A stretch of DNA of 48,387 nucleotides, taken from a virus (taxonomy: Duplodnaviria > Caudoviricetes). The stretch spans positions 1 through 48,387 of the IMG/VR virus record IMGVR_UViG_3300032155_000020. One strand, 5' to 3'. Numbering within the stretch: the stretch's first letter is position 1; each line of letters opens with the position of its first letter. Position numbers and translations under genes: made by a program. Positions 16,526-26,106 of the stretch are shown here, in pieces. Below the pieces are notes generated by a model. The model did not search any database, was not told the origin of the DNA, and was given only the letters and a program-made list of their open reading frames with translations.

Positions 16526-18382
16526 CTATGCGCCGATAACCACGGTGCAGCCCCCGTGCCCGGTCTGGCGCGCCAGCGGTTCCGCCGCCAGCGCGTGCAT
16601 GATGGCCCACGCCACGTCGGCATGCCCGGTGGTGGGCGTGCGCCCGGCGGCGTAGGTAATCTGTCCCTTGTCGGTGGTGGTCTGCCGAATGGTCAGAAAG
16701 GCGTGGGCGATGTCCGTTTCCGCAGCGTCCCATTCCAGCCGCTGCTCCTCGATCACCTCGCGGGCCTTCAGCACAAGGGCTGCCTTGCTGGCCACGGCGT
16801 AGTTGATGGGCGCGGCCACCGGGCAGAACTGGCGCACGTGCTCGTACACGCCAATGCCGGGGCCGGTGGTGTCTATGCCCAGATGCGCGAAGCGGTATTT
16901 GTCCGCCAGCTCGCGGATGCGTTCCGCCTGCCACAGGTAGCTCTTGCCCACCCACTTGTGCCGCTCCACGCAGCGGATCACCCCGCCCGGCTTCAGGGGC
17001 GGTTGCAGCACCACGAATGATGCGTCGTCGCGCGAACGGCTGGGGTCGTACCCGCCCCACACCGGGTGGTTGCCCAACGGGCGGGGCGCGCCGGGGGCGT
17101 AGTCCGGCCAATCCGCCGGGTCGGTCATGCAGCGTTCCAGCAGCGCCAGGCGGAACACGCCCTGGGTGTCGTCTATGAACTCGCAGTCGAACAACTGGCG
17201 GAATTCGTCCGGCGTGTATTCCAGCCGCAGCTGGGCCACGTCGAACAGGTCGCAGCCGCCCGCCTCTGCGTCGGCCAGCGTGATGATGTTGCGCCAGTAC
17301 GTGTCCGGGCACAGGAACCCGGCGCGCAGGGCGGCGGCGTCCGGCCATGGCTGGGGCTTGGCGAAGCGCTTCTGAAAGGCTTCGCCGGTCCACAGCGGGT
17401 AGGCGTCGTGGGTGATGGCCGATGGCGTGGAAAACAGCGTGCGCCGCCACTTCTTGTGCGCGGCCATGCCGGTGGCCACCTTGTACAGCTCGCGGAACTT
17501 GGTGATCCAGAAGAACTCGTCGATGTAGACGTGGCCGTGGTAGCTCTGCGCGCTGCGCGAGTTGTTGGACAGAAAGTGCAGCTCGGCCTTGCCGTTGCTG
17601 GTGTGCAGTATCAGCGGGTTGCCGGAAAGGGTGATGTCGAAGGCATCGGACGCGGCCTGTACGATGTAGTTGCGGAACACCTGCGACTGCGCCTTGGTGG
17701 CGGAAAGGAAGAGCTGGTTGTCGCCGGTCAGGCAGGCGTCTTCGAAGGCCTCCTGCGCGAAGTACCACGTGGCCCCGATCTGCCGGGCCTTCAACAGCAT
17801 GCGGTTGCGGTGCTGTTTGGCCGCGCGCAGGGCGTGCTGGTAGGCGAAGTACCGGCGGTGGAACTTGTCCGCGAACAGTTCCGGCGTGAGGGCGGTGACG
17901 TCGTTCTTGATGGGCTTGCCCCGACGAGGGCGGGGGCGCTGGGAAGGGGCGTCGGGGCCGTACTCGCCGGGGGCGGCGTCCGGCTGGTGGGCCGGGCCGG
18001 GGTGGGCGCTGCCCTGCTCCTGTCCACGCTGGCGCGCCAGGGCCACCTCTTTGGTGCGCAGGGCCTGCAACCGTTCCAGCGTGACAACCAGCAGTTCCAC
18101 TTCGCGCAGTTCGCCGGGCGTCTTGGGGTCGCGCTCGGCCAGCAGGGTGAGGCGGCGGGTAACGGCTTCTTCCGCCGTCTCGTGCGTGAGCAGGGCGTCC
18201 CATTCGCCCGTCGTGCTCCAGTGGTAGACGGTGCGGCGCGGCACGCCCAGCGCGTCGGATATGTCCGCCACGGTGTAGCGCCGCAGGTACATGCCCCGCG
18301 CGGCCTGCCGTATCTCTTCCGGGTACTGGCGCACGCCCTGCCGGGCTTCCTGCGTATTCCCGCCGTCTGCAATGGTCTCCAT
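16526..18382 (-). CDS. Terminase ATPase subunit (P2 gpP-like)
   Basis: N-terminal HTH; LKARQIGATWYFA; QSYHGHVYIDEFFW; GYDPSRSRD; GHADVAWAIMHAL. Confidence 0.95.
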   Translation of the reverse strand: METIADGGNTQEARQGVRQYPEEIRQAARGMYLRRYTVADISDALGVPRRTVYHWSTTGEWDALLTHETAEEAVTRRLTLLAERDPKTPGELREVELLVVTLERLQALRTKEVALARQRGQEQGSAHPGPAHQPDAAPGEYGPDAPSQRPRPRRGKPIKNDVTALTPELFADKFHRRYFAYQHALRAAKQHRNRMLLKARQIGATWYFAQEAFEDACLTGDNQLFLSATKAQSQVFRNYIVQAASDAFDITLSGNPLILHTSNGKAELHFLSNNSRSAQSYHGHVYIDEFFWITKFRELYKVATGMAAHKKWRRTLFSTPSAITHDAYPLWTGEAFQKRFAKPQPWPDAAALRAGFLCPDTYWRNIITLADAEAGGCDLFDVAQLRLEYTPDEFRQLFDCEFIDDTQGVFRLALLERCMTDPADWPDYAPGAPRPLGNHPVWGGYDPSRSRDDASFVVLQPPLKPGGVIRCVERHKWVGKSYLWQAERIRELADKYRFAHLGIDTTGPGIGVYEHVRQFCPVAAPINYAVASKAALVLKAREVIEEQRLEWDAAETDIAHAFLTIRQTTTDKGQITYAAGRTPTTGHADVAWAIMHALAAEPLARQTGHGGCTVVIGA

Positions 18383-18427
18383 CGTGCTGCAATAGCACTG
18401 TTGCGGCAACCGCCAACGCACCACAAA

Positions 18428-18448
18428 TCCGATTTTGCCAAAATCGGA
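18428..18448. promoter_or_regulatory. Palindrome in the divergent late promoter (candidate Ogr-activator site)
   Basis: TCCGATTTT-GCC-AAAATCGGA, centred 56 and 58 bp from the P (18382) and O (18496) start codons. Confidence 0.6.
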
Positions 18449-18495
18449 CGCCGTGTCTTTGACCTTGCCTTGCGTGCTGTGCCTACATGCCACGC

Positions 18496-19368
18496 ATGAG
18501 CAAGCCCACCCTCACTACCGACTTCATCAAGATTGCACAGTCCGGGGCCACCGTTGATGGCAGAATCATGAACCCCGAGTGGCTGTTGCAGGCTGCGGAA
18601 TCGTACAACCCAGACACCTACACCGCCCTGATCTGGCCGGACCACTTCCGCTTTCAGAACTACGGCAAAGTGCTGGAGCTGAAGGCGGAAGAAGAGGGCG
18701 GCGTGGTCAGCCTGTATGCGCGGCTTCAGCCCAACGCCAACTACCTGATGGGCAACCAGTACGGGCAGCGGCTCTTCTTTTCCGTGGAGCTTGACGACAA
18801 CTTCGCGGGCACGGGCCGGGCCTACCTGCTGGGCCTTGGCATTACCGATTCCCCCGCCTCGCTGGGCACCAGCGAACTGAAGTTTGCCGCTCGCCGCAAC
18901 ACGCCGGGCAGCCAGTTTCTGGCCAACGTGGAATGCGTCCTGCCCGCAGAAGCAGAAGACCGGGAACCCTCGTGGGTGGCCCGGCTTTTTCAGTTGTTCA
19001 CCCCCAACGCCACCCAACGCGAGGAGCCCATGGACGCACAGCAGTACGCGGAGATGCAGGGCAAGATCGACGCCCTTGCCACCACCGTTACCGAGATCAA
19101 GGCCAGCGTGGCCGCCTTTACGGCCAAGCCGAATGACCAGGCGCAGCCCGCCGCCCCTGCCGCCCCTGCGGCCCCCGTCGCCTCGGCTGCGGCCCCGGCG
19201 GATGCCCCCGCCGAAGCAATGGACGCCAAGTTCACGGCAGTGACCGACGCCATCACCAAGCTCGGCGCGCAGGTGGAAGGCATCGCCGCCCGGTTCGAGG
19301 CCGCCAAGTCCGGCACGCCGGTGCCCCCCACCGAAGGCCCGGCGGACGACAACGCCCCCCTCCTGTAG
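18496..19368 (+). CDS. Capsid scaffolding/protease protein (gpO-like)
   Basis: SGATVDGR, YTALIWPDH, FFSVE, YLLGLGITDSPASLGT. Confidence 0.93.
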   Translation: MSKPTLTTDFIKIAQSGATVDGRIMNPEWLLQAAESYNPDTYTALIWPDHFRFQNYGKVLELKAEEEGGVVSLYARLQPNANYLMGNQYGQRLFFSVELDDNFAGTGRAYLLGLGITDSPASLGTSELKFAARRNTPGSQFLANVECVLPAEAEDREPSWVARLFQLFTPNATQREEPMDAQQYAEMQGKIDALATTVTEIKASVAAFTAKPNDQAQPAAPAAPAAPVASAAAPADAPAEAMDAKFTAVTDAITKLGAQVEGIAARFEAAKSGTPVPPTEGPADDNAPLL

Positions 19369-19385
19369 GGGCGGGAGGAACCCAC

Positions 19386-20408
19386 ATGCGCGAAAGTACC
19401 CGCAAGAAGTTCAACACCCTGTGCGACCGCATGGCCACCACCTACGGCGTGCCCAACGTGCGCCAGCAGTTTTCCATTTCGCCCACTGTCGAACAGCGCC
19501 TGCAGGACGCCATTGTGGAGCGGTCCACCTTCCTGCCTAAGATCAACACCATCCCCGTGGATGACCTGGAAGGCGAAACCCTGCTCGGCTCGGCCACCGG
19601 CCCCGTTTCGGGCCGCACGGACACCAGCGCCGACAAGGAGCGCACGCCCCGCAACGTGCTGGGCCTGAAGGCGTACCGCTACAAGCTGGCCCAGACCAAC
19701 ACCGACGTCTACATGCGCTACGCCACCATGGACGCGTGGGCCAAGTTCCCCGACATGGGCGACCGGTATTCCCGTTACGTGCAGGAGCGCGTGGGCAATG
19801 ACCGCGAACTGGTGGGCTGGCATGGCCGTTCGGCTGCCGCCGACACCGACCTTGAGGCCTTCCCGCTGATGCAGGACGTGAACAAGGGCTGGATGCAGTA
19901 CATGCGCGAAAACCTGCCCGGCAACATCCTGAGCGACGGCGCGACCGCCGGTGAAATCCGCATCGGCGCGGGCGGCGACTGGGCCAACCTGGACATTGCC
20001 GTGCACGACCTGTTGCAGGGCATCCCCACCTACATGCGCCAGAACCTGGTGGCGCTGATCGGCACCGACCTCATCGCGCAGGAAAAGGCTGCGCTGTTCG
20101 CCGTGGTGGGCGGCAAGCCTACGGAAAAGATCCTGCTGGGCAACGCGCTTACCACCTTCGGCGGGCTGACGTGGGATACCCCCAGCAACTTCCCCGCGCG
20201 CGGGCTTGTGGTCACCAGCTACGACAACCTTTCCGTCTACCTGCAGAACGGCTCGTGGCGTCGCAAGGTGGAGGACAACCCCAAGAAGGACCGCGTGGAG
20301 GACTACAACAGCCGCAACGAGGGCTACGTGGTGGAAACCCCCGAGCGCTTCGTGGCCGTGGAGTTCGACAACGTGAAGCTGCCCGAAGGCGAGAGCGGGT
20401 GGGCCTAG
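19386..20408 (+). CDS. Major capsid protein, P2 family (gpN-like)
   Basis: FSISPTVEQRL, SGRTDT, DAWAKF, PLMQDVNKGW, DNLSVY, RNEGYVVE. Confidence 0.95.
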   Translation: MRESTRKKFNTLCDRMATTYGVPNVRQQFSISPTVEQRLQDAIVERSTFLPKINTIPVDDLEGETLLGSATGPVSGRTDTSADKERTPRNVLGLKAYRYKLAQTNTDVYMRYATMDAWAKFPDMGDRYSRYVQERVGNDRELVGWHGRSAAADTDLEAFPLMQDVNKGWMQYMRENLPGNILSDGATAGEIRIGAGGDWANLDIAVHDLLQGIPTYMRQNLVALIGTDLIAQEKAALFAVVGGKPTEKILLGNALTTFGGLTWDTPSNFPARGLVVTSYDNLSVYLQNGSWRRKVEDNPKKDRVEDYNSRNEGYVVETPERFVAVEFDNVKLPEGESGWA

Positions 20409-20410
20409 CC

Positions 20411-21190
20411 ATGAGCCTGATGCGCAAAAACCAGCAGGCCGCGCGCGTGGGTAATGGCGCGCCGGGCGAGCGGATAGGGACCGGGGCCGTGGTGCTGGGC
20501 AGCATGCCCGCCGCGCCCCGTGGCCTGCTGGGCGGCAGTCAGTTGGGCACCTTCCTTTCCGCCTCGCTGTCCGAGGATCTGGCGGCGCTGTCGTCCATCG
20601 CTTCCGTCGAACGCAAGATCGACCTGAAGCGCGACACCCTCATTCCCAAGTACCGCGACTACGCGGCGCGCCTGATGGCCGACGGCCAGCGGCACGAGCT
20701 GCTGGGCTACTACCTGGTGTGGTGCCTGGACGCGGGCTGCATGGAAGAGGGCCTGCGCGTGGCCGCGTGGGCCATGGAACAGGGGCTGCCGCTGCCGGAA
20801 CGCTTCCGCGCCAGCGTGCCGCTGTTCGTGGCGTCTGCCGTGGTGACGTGGGCCGAGCGCCAGCACGACGCCGGGCACGACGTAGAGCCGTACCTGTCGC
20901 AGGCGCAGGCGCTGGTGGAACCCGGCGGCGAGGTGCCGGACAAGGTACGTGCGGGCTTCCATCGCCTGTTCGGCCTGCGGGCCGAGCAGGGCGGGGATCT
21001 GCCCACGGCGGAGCGTGAGCTGCAACGCGCGCTGGATCTGGGCGCCAAGGTGAAGACTGCGCTGGACGGCGTGCGCAAGCGGCTCACCCGCGAGGGCGGA
21101 CAGGCTGCGCCCGACACTGAAGAAAGCAATGAACCCGCACCCGCTGCCGCCCCCGAAGAACCGGCGGGCGGCGACGGGGCGGACGGGTAG
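20411..21190 (+). CDS. Terminase small/endonuclease subunit (gpM-like)
   Basis: K..LKRDTLIPKY, VWCLDAG, PERF; follows the capsid gene. Confidence 0.88.
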   Translation: MSLMRKNQQAARVGNGAPGERIGTGAVVLGSMPAAPRGLLGGSQLGTFLSASLSEDLAALSSIASVERKIDLKRDTLIPKYRDYAARLMADGQRHELLGYYLVWCLDAGCMEEGLRVAAWAMEQGLPLPERFRASVPLFVASAVVTWAERQHDAGHDVEPYLSQAQALVEPGGEVPDKVRAGFHRLFGLRAEQGGDLPTAERELQRALDLGAKVKTALDGVRKRLTREGGQAAPDTEESNEPAPAAAPEEPAGGDGADG

Positions 21191-21293
21191 ATACTCCTCC
21201 ACCCAGCCGGGGCGGCCCGGACGGATGCACGGCACAGGGTGCCGGTGACTGAACATCCGGGTCCGCCCCCAATCCAAACGAACGGGCCACACC

Positions 21294-21749
21294 ATGAGCT
21301 TCAGCGCCATCACCGACCAGACCTCCACCGTCACCCTGCCGGGTGACGGTTGGTATCCGGATCTGTCCGTGGGCGAGTTTCAGCGCGTGTACCGGCTGCC
21401 TGCCGAATACGCGGAGGCGCTGGTGGAAGACCACCTTGGCCTGGCCCGGCTGTGGGCCGTGCGCCAGTTGCAGGCCTGGCGCGCGGAGCAGGAGGCGGCG
21501 GGGTTCACCAGTCTTGATGCCGTGCCCGTGTACGGCATGGCAGGCGAGGCAACGCGGCTCTTCAAGCGGGCGGTGTTCTGCCACGCAAAGGCGTTGCTGC
21601 TGGGGCAGTTCGCCACCGTGGAGCGGCGCGAGGCCGCCCGCGAAGACGCCAAGGAAGGCCCGGACGTGGCCGACCGCTTCTACACCTGGGCGCACGACGC
21701 CATAGCCGATCTGCGCGGGCGCGGGCGCATCGACGCGGATCTGGTGTGA
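21294..21749 (+). CDS. Head completion/stabilisation protein (gpL-like)
   Basis: DGWYPDL, FKRAVFCHAKA; syntenic. Confidence 0.88.
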   Translation: MSFSAITDQTSTVTLPGDGWYPDLSVGEFQRVYRLPAEYAEALVEDHLGLARLWAVRQLQAWRAEQEAAGFTSLDAVPVYGMAGEATRLFKRAVFCHAKALLLGQFATVERREAAREDAKEGPDVADRFYTWAHDAIADLRGRGRIDADLV

Positions 21750-21756
21750 GGCGGGC

Positions 21757-22224
21757 ATGCGCAAGATTTCATCCCTCGTCGAACACCTGCTGACCACCAC
21801 CGGCCTGCCGCGCGAGCAGATGCACGCCTTTGCGGACAAAGGCGAGTTGCAGCCAACCGGGCGCGACCTGGGCACAACGCCCGATGGCCGCGCCCAACTG
21901 GAAGTGGGCGTGTGGAAGTACGACGCGGTGATCCGGCTGGAACGCTACGCGGGCGACGGCCCCACGCTGATGGCCATCGTGCTTGGCTGGCTGGCCGACC
22001 ACGACGGCGACCGCGACGGGCTGGCCGAGCCGGAGCTGGACGTGGACATCAACGACGCCACCACCAGCGACGTGGAACTGGCCGTGGAGTTCGAAGAACG
22101 CATCACCGTGGCGGAAGATCCGGCAGGCGCCGTGCCTTTCAACGGCAGGCGCTGGAGCGTGGCCGCGCCGGAGATAGTGGCTGCGGATTCGTTCACCTTC
22201 GGGGCGCGGCGCGGGGAGGCGTGA
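21757..22224 (+). CDS. Tail completion protein (gpR-like)
   Basis: MRKISSL, GWLADHD, VEFEERI; syntenic. Confidence 0.8.
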   Translation: MRKISSLVEHLLTTTGLPREQMHAFADKGELQPTGRDLGTTPDGRAQLEVGVWKYDAVIRLERYAGDGPTLMAIVLGWLADHDGDRDGLAEPELDVDINDATTSDVELAVEFEERITVAEDPAGAVPFNGRRWSVAAPEIVAADSFTFGARRGEA

Positions 22225-22979
22225 TGGACAGGGGCCTTGTGGACATCTCGCTGCAACTGGCGACCAGGGACCGCCTGTACGAGCAGTTGGAGCAACTGCG
22301 CTTCAACCCGCGCCGCCGCTTTGAACTGGCGCGCGAGATGGGCCGCGAGGTGCGGAAATTTTCGGCCCGGCGCGCCCGCAAGCAGGAACACCTTGAAGGC
22401 GGGGCAATGGCCCCGCGTTCCGCCAAAAGGTCGCGCTACCGCAGGAGCAAGGACGGCAACTGGCGCAAGAAGCGTCGGATGTTTCAGGCGCTGGGCAAGG
22501 CCGGGAACATGAGCACCTACCGCCAGGACGATCACGTGGTGGTGTCGTGGAAGAAGAAGGGCAGGACGGGGGGCTGGGCGAACATCGCCTACGGGCATTT
22601 TCGCGGCATGGACATCACGGTCAAGCGGGGCGCGTCGAACATGGGTGACGCCCCGCGAAACCGCAAGGATGGCGAACCGGCCACCAAGCGGATGGCCGAT
22701 GCCCTGTTGCGGCACGGCTACCGGCAACCGGTGCGGGGGCGCGACGGCAAGGTACGCCTGCGCCGCGTTTCCAGCATGCACATTCGCAAAACCATGAAGC
22801 AGAAACAGGCGGCGTGGCTGTTGCGCATGCTGGTGCACGGCAGCGCCACGGCGCCCAAGAAGACAAGTTGGACGGTGCATATCCCCGCGCGGCCTTTCCT
22901 TGGCGTGAACGCCGGGGAAAGCGAGGCCCTGCTGGGCATGCTGGCCACGAAAGTCATGGCGGAACTGAACCGCCAATAG
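22224..22979 (+). CDS. Virion morphogenesis protein (gpS-like)
   Basis: Very basic; ATKRMADALLRHGY; C-terminal IPARPFLG. Confidence 0.8.
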   Translation: MDRGLVDISLQLATRDRLYEQLEQLRFNPRRRFELAREMGREVRKFSARRARKQEHLEGGAMAPRSAKRSRYRRSKDGNWRKKRRMFQALGKAGNMSTYRQDDHVVVSWKKKGRTGGWANIAYGHFRGMDITVKRGASNMGDAPRNRKDGEPATKRMADALLRHGYRQPVRGRDGKVRLRRVSSMHIRKTMKQKQAAWLLRMLVHGSATAPKKTSWTVHIPARPFLGVNAGESEALLGMLATKVMAELNRQ

Positions 22980-22989
22980 GAGACCATCC

Positions 22990-24102
22990 ATGCTCGGAAG
23001 CGTGCAGGTAAACAACCTGAACCTGATCCAAGGCCCGCTGGAGGAAGTGGAGAACTACTTGCTGTTTGTCGGGCGCGGCGCGGGCACCAACGAGGGCAAG
23101 CTGATCACCCTGAACACCGAGACGGATCTGGACGGGGTGTTCGGCAGCGCCGATTCGGACCTGAAGGCTCATGTGGAAGCCGCCCGGCTGAATGCCGGGC
23201 AGAACTGGAACGGCTGCGCCATTCCTTTGGCCGAAGGGGCTACATGGGCCGAGGCCGTGGATTTTGCCATGGAGCGGGTGACGGTGGAGGCCATCGTCAT
23301 CACCGATCCCGTGGCCCTGTCCACGGAGCTGGAGGCCATGCAGGCCAAGGCCGAAAGCATCATGGCCCGCTATATGCGCCCGCTGTTCTTCATTCCGCGC
23401 AGCCGGGGGCCGTTGCCCACGGAGACGTGGGAAGACTGGCTGGATGCCGTCCGCCCCGTGACCACCAACCTTGCCTGCGACCAGGTGAACCCCGTGGCCA
23501 CCATCTGGGGGCCGGAGCTGGGCACCTACGCCGGGCGGCTGTGCAACAGCTCTGTCACCGTGGCCGATTCGCCCATGCGCGTGGCCACCGGCCCGCTGCT
23601 GGGCGAGGGGTGGTCCGTGCGCCCCACGGACAAGAGCGGGCGCATTCTGGACCTGTCCGTCATCGCGGCGCTGGACGCGGCGCGGTTCTCCGCCCCGCAG
23701 TGGTACCCGGACTACCCCGGCGTCTACTGGACCGACGGCAACGTGCTGGACGTGCCCGGCGGCGACTACCAGGCCGTCGAAAACCTGCGGGTGGTGCAGA
23801 AGGCCATGCGCCGTATCTACCCGCTGGCCGTGGCCCGCGTGGCCGACCGGCGGCTGAACAACACCCCCGGCAGCATGGCCGCTGCCGCCATGTACTTCGC
23901 GGCGCCGCTGCGGGAGATGAGCCGGTCGCGCCAGATCCTGGGGCAGGTGTTCCCCGGCGAGGTGGAACCGCCCAAGGAAGGCGACATCGTCATCACCTGG
24001 CCCAGCAAGTACGCCGTGGAAGTCTGGATGGCCGTGCGCCCCTACAACAGCCCCAAGGCCATTACCTGCAACATCCTGCTGGATCTGACCAACTACGCAT
24101 AG
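22990..24102 (+). CDS. Tail sheath protein (HP1-type, DUF2586-like)
   Basis: VQVNNLNL.QG, AGRLCN, ADSPMRVATG, WYPDYPGVYW.DG, GGDYQ.VENLRVV.K. Confidence 0.9.
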   Translation: MLGSVQVNNLNLIQGPLEEVENYLLFVGRGAGTNEGKLITLNTETDLDGVFGSADSDLKAHVEAARLNAGQNWNGCAIPLAEGATWAEAVDFAMERVTVEAIVITDPVALSTELEAMQAKAESIMARYMRPLFFIPRSRGPLPTETWEDWLDAVRPVTTNLACDQVNPVATIWGPELGTYAGRLCNSSVTVADSPMRVATGPLLGEGWSVRPTDKSGRILDLSVIAALDAARFSAPQWYPDYPGVYWTDGNVLDVPGGDYQAVENLRVVQKAMRRIYPLAVARVADRRLNNTPGSMAAAAMYFAAPLREMSRSRQILGQVFPGEVEPPKEGDIVITWPSKYAVEVWMAVRPYNSPKAITCNILLDLTNYA

Positions 24103-24115
24103 GGGGTAGGTGCCC

Positions 24116-24583
24116 ATGTATCAACGCATCAGCGGAAAGACTTTCGACATCACCATCGGCACGCTGGCCATCACCGTGTCCAAGGCCACGCTGAACCTTG
24201 AGGACAACACCGAGGTGGCCCAGGACAGCGGCGTGCCCAACGGCTGGGTTTCCGGCGACGCGAAGGCCGACGGCGAGATCGAACTGGACGCCCTGGGCGT
24301 GCGCCTGCTGGGCGAGGCGGCGAAGAGCGCGGGGTCGTACCGCGAGCTGCCCGTGTTCGACATCCTGTTCTACGCCAAGACCGGCGACGGCGAGGAAATG
24401 AAGGTGGAGGCCTTCGGCTGCAAGTTCAAGATCGAAGGGCTGCTGGATATCGACAAGAAGGGCGGCGAGAAGCACCTGACCAAGCTGAAGTACATGGTCA
24501 CCAGCCCGGATTTCGTCCGCATCAACGGCGTGCCCTACCTGTCCAAGGCGGACACGGAAGGGCTGATGGGGTCGCAGAACTAG
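24116..24583 (+). CDS. Tail tube protein (HP1-type, DUF2597-like)
   Basis: RISGKTFD, GVPNGWVSGD, KVEAFGCK, VTSPDFVRINGVPYL. Confidence 0.9.
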   Translation: MYQRISGKTFDITIGTLAITVSKATLNLEDNTEVAQDSGVPNGWVSGDAKADGEIELDALGVRLLGEAAKSAGSYRELPVFDILFYAKTGDGEEMKVEAFGCKFKIEGLLDIDKKGGEKHLTKLKYMVTSPDFVRINGVPYLSKADTEGLMGSQN

Positions 24584-24584
24584 C

Positions 24585-24788
24585 ATGGCCGACGCAGCGG
24601 ACATCGCCACGGAACGCGAGTTCTTCCTGCGGCAGGAGGCGCTGGCCCGCCTGCGCGGCGCGCGCGGCGCGCAGCGGGCAAGCCTGCTCACCTGCGAGGA
24701 ATGCGGCGACCCCATACCCCAGGCCCGGCGCGCGGCGGTGCCCGGCGTGCGCCTGTGCATCACCTGCCAGAAGGAGCTGGAAGCATGA
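24585..24788 (+). CDS. TraR/DksA C4-type zinc-finger protein
   Basis: MADAADIA (DxxDxA) plus CEECG.PIP.ARR.AVPG.RLCITCQ. Confidence 0.9.
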   Translation: MADAADIATEREFFLRQEALARLRGARGAQRASLLTCEECGDPIPQARRAAVPGVRLCITCQKELEA

Positions 24789-25210
24789 TCGACCGGAACA
24801 ATCCCCCCCGTGGCGTGCGCAACAACAACCCCGGCAACCTGCGGCACGGTTCGCCGTGGGAAGGGCTGGCGGGCGAACAGACCGATTCCGCCTTCTGCAC
24901 CTTCGTGCGGGGCGAGGACGGCCTGCGGGCGCTGGCCAAGGTGCTGCTGAAGTACGAGCGCGACGGCCTGAACACCGTGCGGGGCATCCTGAACAAGTAC
25001 GCCCCGGACACCGAGAACGACACCGAAGGCTACATCGCCCACGTGGCGGCCCGCATGGGCGTGGCCCCCGGCGCGGCCATCAGCGTGAAGGACAACCTGG
25101 ACCCGCTGATGCGCGCCATCGTGGACCACGAGAACGGCAGGGGCTGGGCCGACCACTACGCCCCGACTACCTATGCGGCGGCCATCCGGCGCGCCAAGGG
25201 GATGGCGTGA
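24785..25210 (+). CDS. Probable endolysin (lysozyme-like, RNNNPGN family)
   Basis: PRGVRNNNPGNLR, KYAP.TENDTEGY, AIVDHENG. Confidence 0.8.
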   Translation: MIDRNNPPRGVRNNNPGNLRHGSPWEGLAGEQTDSAFCTFVRGEDGLRALAKVLLKYERDGLNTVRGILNKYAPDTENDTEGYIAHVAARMGVAPGAAISVKDNLDPLMRAIVDHENGRGWADHYAPTTYAAAIRRAKGMA

Positions 25211-25656
25211 ACAGGCTGCTGGCCATCGTGGCCGGGGCAGCCGTGCTGTGCCTGGCCCTGTGGTGGCAGGCGGGGACCATCAAAGATTTGCGCGCCGACC
25301 TGGAGACGGAGCGCCGGTCGGTGGCCACCCTGGAAGAGGCAAGACAGGCCAACGTCCAGGCCATTGCGCTGCTGCGCGGCGACATCAAGGTCCGGGACGA
25401 CGCCATCATCCGCCGCGACAGAAAGGTGGAGGCACTGGAACGGGAACAGGCGACGGCCCTGCGCGCCTACAAGGAAGAGGTGCAGAATGATGAAGCTACT
25501 CGCGCTTGGGATGCTGTGCCTGTGCCTGCTGCCGTGCACCGGCTGTTCGGCAAGGGTGGAGCGGGTGCCCGTTCCGGTGCCGGAACGGGTGCTGCCCCCG
25601 GCCTCGCTGACGCGGGAAACGGCGGTTCCGGAGTGGAACGGCGTGACCAACGGTGA
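25207..25656 (+). CDS. Inner-membrane spanin (Rz/LysB-like)
   Basis: GTG start; N-terminal TM, coiled coil, AWDAVPVP. Confidence 0.75.
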   Translation: MNRLLAIVAGAAVLCLALWWQAGTIKDLRADLETERRSVATLEEARQANVQAIALLRGDIKVRDDAIIRRDRKVEALEREQATALRAYKEEVQNDEATRAWDAVPVPAAVHRLFGKGGAGARSGAGTGAAPGLADAGNGGSGVERRDQR

Positions 25657-25765
25657 CCTGTCGGCGTTCGCCAAACAACTGGAAGGGGCCGTGAACCGAT
25701 GCAATGCCGACAAGGCGGAACTGCGGGCATGGGCGGCGGATACCGCCACGGGGCAGGGCAAATGA
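25487..25765 (+). CDS. Outer-membrane spanin lipoprotein (Rz1/LysC-like)
   Basis: Overlaps Rz in another frame; lipobox-like CTGC; TNGDL...CNADKAEL. Confidence 0.78.
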   Translation: MMKLLALGMLCLCLLPCTGCSARVERVPVPVPERVLPPASLTRETAVPEWNGVTNGDLSAFAKQLEGAVNRCNADKAELRAWAADTATGQGK

Positions 25766-26106
25766 CCGAGGTCAAGGAATGGCTGGCCAGCACGTGGCTG
25801 GTGCTGGCGCTGTCCGTGGCGGGCGGCATGGCCCGTGCCGCCAAGTGCGGAGAACGCAGCCTGTGGGCGTGGTTCTGCTCCGTACTGGTGGCGCTGTTCG
25901 CCGGGGTGGTCACAAACCTGATCTTGGTGGACCTGACCTCGCTGCCCGAAACGGCCCGCGTGGCCTGTGCATCCGTCTCCGCATATTCCGGCGGGGCCGT
26001 GCTGGACGCCCTGCAAACCCGCATTGCCGACGTGCTGGCCGCGTTGCTGGGCGCGCGGCGTGAATCGCAACCGACACAAGGAGATGACCGTGGACAAGAC
26101 CATTAA
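25762..26106 (+). CDS. Holin (three-TM)
   Basis: Three hydrophobic helices, GGMAR...FAG...AYSG pattern; in the lysis cluster. Confidence 0.72.
   Translation: MTEVKEWLASTWLVLALSVAGGMARAAKCGERSLWAWFCSVLVALFAGVVTNLILVDLTSLPETARVACASVSAYSGGAVLDALQTRIADVLAALLGARRESQPTQGDDRGQDH

Noticed and set aside
15786-18416. 876-aa and other long Arg/Pro/Gly-rich alternative-frame ORFs across the structural region
   Set aside because: Off-frame products of high-GC codon bias overlapping well-supported genes.
19141-19215. GCCGCCCCT-type repeats in the scaffold gene
   Set aside because: They encode an ordinary Ala/Pro linker (PAAPAAPAAP).
21193-21203. ACTCCTCCACC resembling ACTCCTCCGCC at 38882
   Set aside because: Short imperfect match that could arise by chance; no shared flanking context.
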